A stretch of 64,000 bases of DNA from Eledone cirrhosa (taxonomy: Eukaryota), in NCBI GenBank assembly GCA_964016885.1, contig OZ024751.1:52638001-52702000 (forward strand), given 5' to 3'. Of the stretch, positions 32,647 through 46,047 are shown piece after piece; positions within the stretch are counted from its first letter, which is position 1, and each line of letters starts with the position of its first letter. The notes beneath the pieces were generated by a model that worked only from the letters and a program-made list of their open reading frames with translations, did no database searches and was not told where the DNA came from. Position numbers and translations under genes: made by a program.

Positions 32647-32758
32647 TATTTTGTCTGATGAAGGCATAGCATATTGTTAATATGATATCCCCGAAATATA
32701 TATAATGATATCCCCGAAATATATATAATGATATCCCCGAAATATATATAATGAAATA
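32647..32758 (+). ncRNA. Type I hammerhead ribozyme with its 3' half triplicated
   Basis: Same motif; 23-bp unit atgatatccccgaaatatatata at 32682, 32705 and 32728. Confidence 0.75.
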
Positions 32759-32815
32759 AATATGGTTTTATAGTTTTCCATTTATTTAATATTGTATATA
32801 TATATATATATATAT

Positions 32816-33224
32816 GGGAGAGATGACCCCTTAGCCTTTGTCAAGGCAGAATTCTAGGAGAAGGAAAACTCTGATATAACACCTGCAACTCTGATGGTAT
32901 CCAATGATGTTGACGTGTTCTTCTTTTTGGTAAATATCATCTTGGTTAAGAGAGTGGGACTGGCTTTGTGCAGTGCCTTTGCTCACTATAAAAGCTTCAC
33001 GGCACAGGCATTGCTTTATATCTGGAGATCTCCCTGCATTTGTCGTCACATGATACCATGGGCCCAGCACTAAGTGTCAATAATTGTCACAAGTGTAGTG
33101 TTTGTACCAGAGTTTTCAAGTCGCTGGCTGGACTAAAAAGTCACACTCGTTCAGCGCATCGGTAGGGGTTCTCCTACATGGATATAAAGTAGTGGCCATA
33201 CTCGAAAACGAGTTGGCAGCCACC
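32816..33224 (+). mobile_element. Short bipartite RTE-derived element (5' UTR-like part + C-terminal C2H2 finger + 3' end)
   Basis: ctaggagaaggaaaactctga resembles RTE 5' UTRs; 33094-33165 encodes [23 protein letters not shown]; terminal hairpin ctcgaaaacgag. Confidence 0.65.
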
Positions 33225-33256
33225 ATGTATATATATATGTATATATATATATATGG

Positions 33257-33300
<44 letters not shown>

Positions 33301-33365
33301 GTATATATATACATATGTATATATATATATATATGTATATATATACATATGTATATATATATATG

Positions 33366-33430
<65 letters not shown>

Positions 33431-33431
33431 G

Positions 33432-33467
<36 letters not shown>

Positions 33468-33645
33468 TATGTGTATATATATGTATATATATATGTATAT
33501 ATGTGTATATATATGTATATATATATGTATATATATATGTATATATATATATATATGTACATATATATGTATATATATATATATATGGATATATATGTAT
33601 ATATATATATGGATATATATGTATATATATATATATATGTATATA

Positions 33646-33772
<127 letters not shown>

Positions 33773-33891
33773 GTATATGTATATGTATATATATGTATAT
33801 ATATATGTATATATATATGTATATATATGTATATATATGTATATATATGTATATGTATATATATGTATATATATATACGTATATATATATG

Positions 33892-33924
<33 letters not shown>

Positions 33925-34003
33925 GTATATATATATATGTATATATATATGTATATATATATGTATGTATATGTTTATATATATATATATGTATATATAT
34001 ATG

Positions 34004-34094
<91 letters not shown>

Positions 34095-34165
34095 GTATAT
34101 ATATATATATATGTGTATATATATATATATATGTGTATATATATGTATATATGTATATATATATG

Positions 34166-34196
<31 letters not shown>

Positions 34197-34217
34197 GTAT
34201 ATATATGTATATATATG

Positions 34218-34255
<38 letters not shown>

Positions 34256-34449
34256 TGTATATACATATATATATGTACATATATATGCATGTATATATAT
34301 ATATATATGTACATATATATGTATATATATATATATATATCTATATATATAAATATATGTATATATATATATGTATATATATATATGTATATATATATAT
34401 GTATATATATATATGTATATATATATGTATATATATATGTATGTATATA

Positions 34450-34507
<58 letters not shown>

Positions 34508-34509
34508 TG

Positions 34510-36466
<1,957 letters not shown>

Positions 36467-37327
36467 ATATATATATATATATGTATGTATATATATATAT
36501 ATAATATATATATATATATATTTAATACAATAATAGAGAAAGCTTTAAGCTAAACTCCAACTGGTAACCATCTCACTCAAGAAACATTAGGATATACGTT
36601 AGTATAATCCCAATTTTGTGTTTGGGGTGCTAACTATATGTATTTTGTGGAAAGCCAGTTGTATTATTTTATATGAGATATAATTAAAATTAAAATATAT
36701 CTCCCTTTCCAAACAATTGTTTCATTATAAGTTTTCTACAAGTTGGAAGAATGTTTCCAGTTTATGTAGAAGCCTAACATATTTTCCTGTAAGAATATAT
36801 GTAGGTGGGCACTTATCAATCATCAGTGGATGCCCATTAAACTTTGATATAAGAAAAAATTTCTTACCGCAGTTATATTTCGTGTCCGCTAAGTCATCCC
36901 TTCACGCATCGAATGACCGCTAAATTTGAAATTCCAGCAGTCTTTAGACTGAGGAAATATCATAGCGTCACGAAGCGGAAAAGGGAGACATTCGCGAGTT
37001 ACAAGAAAAGTAAAATAATATACACGTGGGTTAATTAGTTTTTTCAAAAACATTATCAATCCTGCGTGTTAAGAACTCAATTAATTTAAAAAAAATAAAT
37101 GTATGCATGTATTAATTACACACGTATATAGATATTTTCTTAGGCTAAAAACAGAGAAGTGATACCTAAATAACAAACAATATCTCATATATATATATGT
37201 ATATATGTATATGTATATATGTATATATATATATGTATATATATATATATGTATATATATGTATATGTATATATATGTATATACTTGTTCCTATATATGT
37301 ATATATATATATATATGTATATATATG

Positions 37328-37401
<74 letters not shown>

Positions 37402-37493
37402 ACGAAGGAAATGTGGTAAGGAACCAGGTGGACCATAACGCACCAAAGTACTCAATACTTGAGGTAGTAGAGTGGGTAATAGGAACCAGTAAG

Positions 37494-37587
37494 ACCCCGA
37501 CAGCTGAGCTCAAGCCGTTTCGACGGCTAATTCTGGACTAAATGAACATTTATCCTGGTATTTAAATAGCCGATCTTCTCAAGGGGT
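37494..37587 (-). ncRNA. Type I hammerhead ribozyme, U3:A8 core variant
   Basis: Reverse complement of 39386-39479. Confidence 0.82.
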
Positions 37588-37975
37588 AATTCCATATATG
37601 GTCAAAGTGATTGTCAAAAATCAGTAGTAATTCTGTGGTTGCAAATTAGTAGGGGAGATGGTGGCTAAACCTGCCAGTAGGAGAAAGAGGGGAGGGGGTG
37701 GAGTAGACCCAATCAAGCGTTGGTAGTGCCAGCTACAGCTGGGCATGAGGTCAAAGAAGATACAGGGGAGGGGGAGGGGGAGGAAGTCGGAACGGTAGGT
37801 AGAACAATGGGGGGTAAAAATAGGAAAGAAAAAATACTGAGAGTGAAGAAAAGCAAAAAAGTGTAAAGAAAAAATTAAATTCTACGACCTAGGTGTCAGG
37901 CTATTGTTAGGCGAGAATAAAATAAAGAAAGAAAGAAAGAAGTAAATAAATAAATAAATAAATAAATAAGTAAAT

Positions 37976-38287
37976 AAGACCCGGCTATACCAACATAGAC
38001 ATACCTTCCGAAACCCGGCCCGGCGTCACGCCACTACACTTTCGGGCCACATATGGGACCTCAAGGACAACAACATCACCTATGATCTCACTTGGAGATT
38101 ACTGTCCAGAGCCAATTCTTACACGGGAGGACGCCGTCCGTGCAATTTATGCTCGGAGGAAACTTTACAAATGCTGTTTTCGACGGACCAACTCCTAAAC
38201 AAGAAAGATGAACTGGTTACTGCATGTAAACATAGATTGCGTAGGACTTACCTCGCCCTCAAACCCCATAATGACCCGGGGGGGTAG
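37976..38287 (+). pseudogene. C-terminal part of PLE GIY-YIG endonuclease (not in ORF track; no start codon)
   Basis: Hand translation KTRLYQHRHTF..TTLSGHIWDLKDNNITYDLTWR..CNLCSEE..LLNKKDELVTACKHR; homologous to the end of 46048-47244. Confidence 0.88.
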
Positions 38288-39385
38288 ACTAGGGCTTTAA
38301 CACCCCAGTTGCCGATTTTGCAATGGGTAACCCCTGCTTGCCAAGGAAGACGTAAGATCTTCTTTGTATTCTTTTATCGCATCCTTTATTTCCTTCCCCC
38401 CTCTCTCCTTTGTCCTTCTACCCCAGCTCTTCTCCTTTGTCGGCGTCTTTTCTCGCCCACCCGAGGCTGCCCTTTGGCCCCATGTAGCCTTAGTACCCCC
38501 ACTCCCCCCTCCCCTAGTCTTTGATAGATTTGGCGGACTCCGCCCTTTATAGCAGTTGGCTTAGACCCCGGATACTTGCCCCCCTTTTCCGACCGCTCCC
38601 ACTATTCTCTGTGCCCTCTTTATTTCTTAGTGGCACTTATGCCTTATTTTTTCGTTTCAGTATTTCTTGCTTCGCTTTTCTTCTGGGCGGGGTGGATTCT
38701 GAACTTATTTCTCCGTATTCTACCTTTATTTCGTACGAACTTTCATGTAGCTTGTTTTAGATCTTTTAGAGTTAGCATTAGTATATATTTTTCCCGGGAC
38801 TCAGAATTATTATGTCGTACAAGTTCACTTTGCTGCACTGGGTCGTTGCTGGCCCGGGATGGAAACCTTTATTGTTTATTTCGTGGTAGTCTCTTTAGTA
38901 TTTTGGCCCCTTTTGTTGACCAGTCACCGTATCATTTACGTACTTATACCTCTTAAAAGGGTCCTTGCTTAATTCGTCCCACCTAGTTCTTTTACTTATT
39001 TCCTTATTTATTTATTTATTTATTTATTTACTTCTTTCTTTCTTTCTTTATTTTATTCTCGCCTAACAATAGCCTGACACCTAGGTCGTAGAATTTAATT
39101 TTTTCTTTACACTTTTTTGCTTTTCTTCACTCTCAGTATTTTTTCTTTCCTATTTTTACCCCCCATTGTTCTACCTACCGTTCCGACTTCCTCCCCCTCC
39201 CCCTCCCCTGTATCTTCTTTGACCTCATGCCCAGCTGTAGCTGGCACTACCAACGCTTGATTGGGTCTACTCCACCCCCTCCCCTCTTTCTCCTACTGGC
39301 AGGTTTAGCCACCATCTCCCCTACTAATTTGCAACCACAGAATTACTACTGATTTTTGACAATCACTTTGACCATATATGGAATT

Positions 39386-39479
39386 ACCCCTTGAGAAGAT
39401 CGGCTATTTAAATACCAGGATAAATGTTCATTTAGTCCAGAATTAGCCGTCGAAACGGCTTGAGCTCAGCTGTCGGGGT
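39386..39479 (+). ncRNA. Type I hammerhead ribozyme, U3:A8 core variant, extended stems II and III
   Basis: acccc TTGAGAA gatcggcta..tagccgtc GAAA cggct tgagctc agctg TC^ ggggt. Confidence 0.82.
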
Positions 39480-39489
39480 CTTACTGGTT

Positions 39490-39558
<69 letters not shown>

Positions 39559-39633
39559 TCTCTGTTACTCTTTTACCTGTTTCAGCGATCCGGCTGAGGC
39601 CATGCTGGGGCACCGCCCTTGTTGCTACACATT

Positions 39634-42600
39634 TTATCTCCAGCCTGTATAGGTTGGCCACTGGTGTAAGAGGGAGTTTGTTGCTGCTGCCCTTAGGTTT
39701 CCCTCGTGTCTTGCTGTGGGCTCATCCGGGATCCTGGATAACAAGGTGTCGAGATGTTTCTTAAAGACATCCACCTCCACGTCATACAAGTCTCTCAGAT
39801 GCCTCGGCAGCCTGTTGAAGAGTTGAGGGCCCTTGAATCTCAGGCTATTGCAATACCTGCTCCCTATTCTAGATGTGGAAGACGGGACCTTTGGCACCAC
39901 ACAGTGACGTCCCGTTCAACAGTTGGTCCAACTCCCAATGCCAAAGTTTGGTGCTAGTCCCTCCAGGATTTTCCACATGTAGGTCACTGCGTATCTCTCC
40001 CGTCTTCGCTCCGAGGAGTAGAGGTTCAGTTCCTTTAGCCTCTCCCAGTAGCTTGTCTCCCTCATCTTGGCAATCCTCTTGGTGTAGCTTCGCTGGATTG
40101 CCTCAAGCTCCGTGGTTAGTTTGACACTATGGGGTGACCACAACTGGGAGCAGTAGTCCAGGCGGCTTAGGACAAAAGTCCTCCACAGTGTCAACATGGT
40201 GTCTCGATCTCTTGTCCGGAAAGTCCTCAAGATCCAGCCAGCGAGTCGTCTGCACGTTGTCGCCACTTTCATGATGTGTGAAGAAAAAGATGCATCATCG
40301 CTCATGTCTATGCCCAGGTCTGATATCGATGTTGACACGGGGATATCGGTCCCTCCTGGTCCCGTGTAGCTGTGTTCCACTATATTTGTGTTTGCAGGTT
40401 TGTATTGTAAGGCTTGGAATTTGCCAGCATTAAACTGCATGTTGTTTTCTTCCGCCCATCTGTATATGGCATCCAGATCCTGCTGTAAAAGGGCCGCGTC
40501 AGCCGGATTTTTGATTGCCTGTGCTACCTTAGTGTCATCAGCATAGCTAGTGAGGGATGTTGTTGCATGCACCACAGAGGGCATGTCCGAGAGAGCCACC
40601 AAAAACAGTAGTGGTCCCAGGACTGTCCCCTGGGACACCCCACTTGTTATCGGTGTTTCCCTCGAGAGGGCCCCATTTGCTGCGACTGCCTGGCTTCTGC
40701 CCCTTAGGAAGCCATGCAGCCACTCACCTACTTTTCCAGTTATGCCGAGTCCCTGTAATTTGTGACATATCATTCCGTGGTCGACCTTGTCAAAGGCCTT
40801 CGCAAAGTCAAGATATATCACGTCCACATGTGAGCTGTCTAGTAGTTGTCTCAGTACCCAGTCGTAGTGATGTAGCAGCTGTGTAAGGCAGCTTCTTCCT
40901 GGGCGGAAGCCATGTTGCGTGCTAGTCAGGCGGTCATTTTCTTCGAGGAAAGTGATTAGTTTCTTTCTGACGACTCGCTCCATGACCTTACTGATATGCG
41001 ACGTCAGGGAGACTGGCCTATAGTTCTTGGCCTCCGCTCTACTACCTATATTTTTAAGAGAACTGCTGGGAATCCATCAGGTCCAGCAGCCGAGTCTGTT
41101 CTAATTTCATCAATGGCGTACACCACATCCTACTCCGTTATGTCTATGTGGTTGATGGTTGCCATTTCTTGATGTAGTGTTGTGGCATCAAAGAACTCCT
41201 CTGGCTTCGTTATTTGCATGTGCCTCAGTGGACATGTGAAGACACTTTTGTACTGTTCGTTCAGTATTTCACATATCTCCTGGGGGTTTTCGGTTAATGA
41301 ACCGTCCGTGTGGAAGAGTGGCCCAATCTTGCAGTGTACTGAGGCAGTTTCTTTTGCAAATTTAAAGAAGGCCTTAGGGTTTGTTTTAATGTTTTCTATG
41401 GCCCTGTTCTCTTTCTTTGCCCTCTCATTCTCATGTGAAAGTTTGAGTGCAATCTCGGTGTCAAGTAGTGCACGTTTTAAATAGGATTCCTTCTTGTTTT
41501 TGTTTTGTTGACTATTCAACTGGTTTGAGAGTTTAGTTCTACGTCTCATAAGGATTTTCCTATCTCTGGGAATAAGATTTTTGTGTCTGTTTGCCTCTTT
41601 CTCCGGGACACACTTTTTGCATATGGTGTGTATCGTTGTCATGAAGTGTTGAAATTGTGTGTTAGTGTCTTGTGTGAAGGTGTTTTCACTCCATGTTTGC
41701 TTCCGGATTTCACTCTTAATCTTTTTCCAGTTAGCCTTGTAGAAGTTAAGGTTGGATAGCGTCCCGGAGCTTCTTGGTGGTTTTGTCTCTGTTGGTTCTA
41801 TTGGACCACATATCATTAGCTCTACTAAGTTATGATCCGAGAGAATTGTTGGTGTCACCTTTACATTGTGGATGAGCACTTCGTTGTTTGTAAAACAGAG
41901 GTCCAGGACATTTTCGCCTCTTGTTGGGAGGAGTATTGCTTGCTCCATGAACTGCCTGTGTGTGAGGGCCAGCAGGGATTCCGTCTGTCTCTGTTCTATT
42001 GACGTCATTCCAGGGAGGAGGTGGCCCTCAGGCCATTTGACCTTTGGTAGGTTGAAGTCTCCCAGCAGTAGAATGTTGAGACCCTGGTCCAGTTTGTCAA
42101 GGACCTCTTCTATCCTACTTAGGCTATCCTCAAATTTACCCTCATGACTGGGGGCATCGGGCGGCCGATATGTGACACATATTACTGTCTGTAGTTGCTT
42201 CATATGTATTATCAGTGTGTCACAGACTGAGTTTGAATGTGTCAGCAGTACAATTGGTGTGACATCTTCACGGATATACAGAGCAACCCCACCATGAGTT
42301 CTCTCCTTCCTGTCCGAACGAAATACAGTATATTTCGGTATATGTATTTCTGCATCTGCTATACTGCTTGTCAGGTGCGTTTCGGTTAGTGCCATGCATA
42401 GTGCTTGATTGCTTATGGCTAAGTCTCCCAGGTAGGAAATTTTACTCATGTTACTGAGTTTCACCAGGCCCCTGACATTCAGCAGCAGCACTGGTGTGAC
42501 TTTTGGAGTGCCAGTAATGGCTGTCGGTATGACACCTGGTCTGGTGTCAGCGGCGGCCACTTTGGGTCCCTTAACTGCGGTGGTCTCGAGTGCTGGTGTG

Positions 42601-42671
42601 GATGACCCTGGCTCTGGAGACGATGCAGCCAGGTCAGCTGTCCCACAATCTTCTCTGCCTTCACTAAAAAA
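39634..42671 (-). pseudogene. LINE ORF2 (APE-RT), frame open upstream to the slippery site at 42665-42671
   Basis: LNVRG, LTETHL, LGDFNLP, LDLCF, SDHN; [28 protein letters not shown]. Confidence 0.92.
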
Positions 42672-43411
42672 TTTCTCTGGTCTGCTGCTGCCATCTGTAT
42701 CTCGTCGGCATGTGCGTACCTTCTCCTTGTTGGTGCGGCACGCGCGACATCAGCATACTTCTGGAGCGGCTTATTTCGGCTTTGGCTGGGGCATGTTGCG
42801 CGAGTATGATGGGCATAGTTCGTTTGAGACCTAGGGTGGGCGAATCTGCATCCCATCCCTGTCTCTCCATGCCAGCATGTCCCGTTCTTGAAAAACTTGC
42901 ACATTACTTGGGTTTTTTTGCTCCCATTGTCTCGGTGCTTTCTGTTCTTCCTTTGAACAGTTGTCCACTGGTCCCTCTGCGCTTGGTTCTCCTTCGGAAG
43001 GTGATTTCGCTTTTCACCTTTGCTCTTTGCTTGTTGGTTGCCCGGCCTGCCCTCCCTGCCTGTGGCGGAGGGTATATCATTTTCTTTCAGGTCCGTGCTT
43101 GTGCTCTCTTCCTTTTCCTTTTCCTCCTCCTTTTCCCTCTCCTTCTCCTCATCCCTCTCTTCGGTTTTCTCCTCCCTGAGGACACGGCTTAGCATCGCCA
43201 TATGTGGCGCTATGAGGACATACGCCTTCTCAATTTCTTTTCTCTTTCTCTCTATCTGTGCCAGGGTCCTCAGAAACCCATGGCTCTTCAGGTTCTCCGC
43301 CATCTTTTTGCTTGGTGGAGACCCATCAGCCATGGTCCACCCCTTGATCAAAACCGCTAGTTCCATCTTTGACCAGTTTCGTTGACTTCTAATTTCACCT
43401 TTTTCCTGCAT
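42479..43411 (-). CDS. LINE ORF1 (310 aa): Myb/SANT-like N-terminus, acidic linker, CCCH zinc finger
   Basis: NWSKMELAVLIKGW..MAENLKSHGFLRTLAQIERKRKEIEKAY; CKFFKNGTCWHGETGMGCRFAH. Confidence 0.8.
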   Translation of the reverse strand: MQEKGEIRSQRNWSKMELAVLIKGWTMADGSPPSKKMAENLKSHGFLRTLAQIERKRKEIEKAYVLIAPHMAMLSRVLREEKTEERDEEKEREKEEEKEKEESTSTDLKENDIPSATGREGRPGNQQAKSKGEKRNHLPKENQAQRDQWTTVQRKNRKHRDNGSKKTQVMCKFFKNGTCWHGETGMGCRFAHPRSQTNYAHHTRATCPSQSRNKPLQKYADVARAAPTRRRYAHADEIQMAAADQRNFLVKAEKIVGQLTWLHRLQSQGHPHQHSRPPQLRDPKWPPLTPDQVSYRQPLLALQKSHQCCC

Positions 43412-43562
43412 TCAGTCCATTTCGCTGTGGAGGGGAGAAAGAGAGGCAGTGGGAAGTGTAGGGTAGAGGTTAGAGAGGGACAGAGGGAGGGAGGGAGATA
43501 GAGATATAACTATATGTATATATATGTATATATATATATGTATATATATATGTATATATATG

Positions 43563-43617
<55 letters not shown>

Positions 43618-43628
43618 GTATATATATG

Positions 43629-43701
<73 letters not shown>

Positions 43702-43702
43702 G

Positions 43703-43736
<34 letters not shown>

Positions 43737-43737
43737 T

Positions 43738-43790
<53 letters not shown>

Positions 43791-43791
43791 G

Positions 43792-43910
<119 letters not shown>

Positions 43911-43921
43911 GTATATATATG

Positions 43922-43952
<31 letters not shown>

Positions 43953-43965
43953 CTATATATATATG

Positions 43966-44000
<35 letters not shown>

Positions 44001-44011
44001 GTATATATATG

Positions 44012-44042
<31 letters not shown>

Positions 44043-44121
44043 CTATATATATATGTATATATATATAGATATATATGTATATATATATATATGTATATAT
44101 ATATGTATATATATATATATC

Positions 44122-44171
<50 letters not shown>

Positions 44172-44298
44172 TGTAGGAGGTGAGTTTTATTGTAGTACAA
44201 TAAAGCAATGCAGATATCGGATAAGAAGCACTCTACAGTTTGTAGGACTGGAGTATACATAATATAAGATCAAGAGATGGTTAAAGGAGTTCCATGTA

Positions 44299-44365
44299 TT
44301 TTATTATGCGCATTTCAAAAACAAACATCATCATGCAATAATATTTGTGTTTTCATCAGATAAAA
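44299..44365 (-). ncRNA. Minimal type I hammerhead ribozyme
   Basis: Reverse complement of 44524-44590. Confidence 0.85.
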
Positions 44366-44523
44366 CAGGAGAACATGATATGAAGGCTAAAAAACAATTG
44401 TGGATAGTGCAGTTTTAAATCAACATATCAACATATATATATATACATACATATATATATATATGTTGATTTAAAACTGCACTATCCACAAGTGTTTTTT
44501 AGCCTTCATATCATGTTCTCCTG

Positions 44524-44590
44524 TTTTATCTGATGAAAACACAAATATTATTGCATGATGATGTTTGTTTTTGAAATGCGCATAATAAAA
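44524..44590 (+). ncRNA. Minimal type I hammerhead ribozyme
   Basis: ttttat CTGATGA aaacacaaat..atgtttgttttt GAAA tgcgca TA^ ataaaa. Confidence 0.85.
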
Positions 44591-44622
44591 TACATGGAAC
44601 TCCTTTAACCATCTCTTGATCT

Positions 44623-44714
<92 letters not shown>

Positions 44715-44729
44715 GTAAATATATATATG

Positions 44730-44810
<81 letters not shown>

Positions 44811-44841
44811 GTATATATATATATATGTATATATATATATG

Positions 44842-44972
<131 letters not shown>

Positions 44973-45011
44973 ATATATATATGTATATATATATATGTAT
45001 ATATATATATG

Positions 45012-45206
<195 letters not shown>

Positions 45207-45332
45207 GTAGGAGGTGAGTTTTATTGTAGTACAATAAAGCAATGCAGATATCGGATAAGAAGCACTCTACAGTTTGTGGGACTGGAGTATGCATAATATA
45301 AGATCAAAAGATGGCTAAAGGAGTTCCATATA

Positions 45333-45399
45333 TTTTATTATGCGCATTTCAAAAACAAACATCATCAAGCAATAATATTTGTGTTTTCATCAGATAAAA
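45333..45399 (-). ncRNA. Minimal type I hammerhead ribozyme
   Basis: Reverse complement of 48259-48325. Confidence 0.85.
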
Positions 45400-46047
45400 C
45401 AGGAGAACATGACATGAAGGCTAAAAAACACCTAAAAAACACTTGTGGATAGTGCAGTTTTAAATCAACATATGAAAAGTGGTTTTAGATTGATGTGTGA
45501 TATTGGGAAAAATATTTTATTTAGAGAGGGGGGGGGGGGGATGAAAAGGGAAGGAGATGAGAGGGAGAGATGGGTGATAGAGAGAAAGAGATAGTTTTTA
45601 TAACTGAGAGGAGATATATTTTTTACATAGAGGGGTTGAAAACCGTTGGAAGATACTGTATAAATTAAACATTTTGAAAATTAACGAAGGGAGGATATGT
45701 GCGAGGAAAAAATATTTTATTTAGGGAGGGGGGGGGAGGAAAAAAAGGGGGGGGAGGAGATGAGAGTGAAGGTGGAGAGGGAGAGATGGGTGATAGAGAG
45801 AAAGAGATAGTTTTTATAACTGAGAAAAAGATATATTGTTTTAATATAGAGAGGTTGGGAACCGTTGGAAGATAATGTATAAATTAAAGGAATTTGAAAA
45901 TTAACGAAGGGAAATTACGTATGAAAATTTACTATCCTAAATTGTAATATAGTTAAACTTAATATTATTAAGAACAATATACGTAATCTTTTTAACCAAC
46001 ATAACCTAAAAATTGAATTTGATAATAGTATCAAACTAGCTAATTTC

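Larger units (their letters stand above)
32310..32795. mobile_element. Fold-back mini-element of the PLE family at 48645-50625 (9-bp spacer 32572-32580)
   Basis: Right arm 32581-32795 is the reverse complement of ~32395-32571; left arm matches 50360-50620 reversed. Confidence 0.88.
37401..39493 (+). mobile_element. Penelope-like element with inverted pseudo-LTR, 5'-truncated
   Basis: ~37481-37975 is the reverse complement of ~38993-39493; GIY-YIG tail and 3' UTR lie between. Confidence 0.9.
39557..43512 (-). mobile_element. CR1-group LINE family B, apparently full length; ORF2 broken
   Basis: Pyrimidine-rich 5' UTR, ORF1, APE (41130-42560) and RT (39916-40983); premature stop at 41130, ~105-bp deletion near 41047, frameshift near 39915. 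Confidence 0.94.
44173..44628. mobile_element. Fold-back mini-element of the PLE family at 45207-48362, short TA spacer
   Basis: 44463-44628 is the reverse complement of ~44260-44427; HHRs at 44299-44365 (-) and 44524-44590 (+). Confidence 0.88.

Noticed and set aside
36946-36985. ctgagga..gaa possible hammerhead core
   Set aside because: Could not form stems I-III
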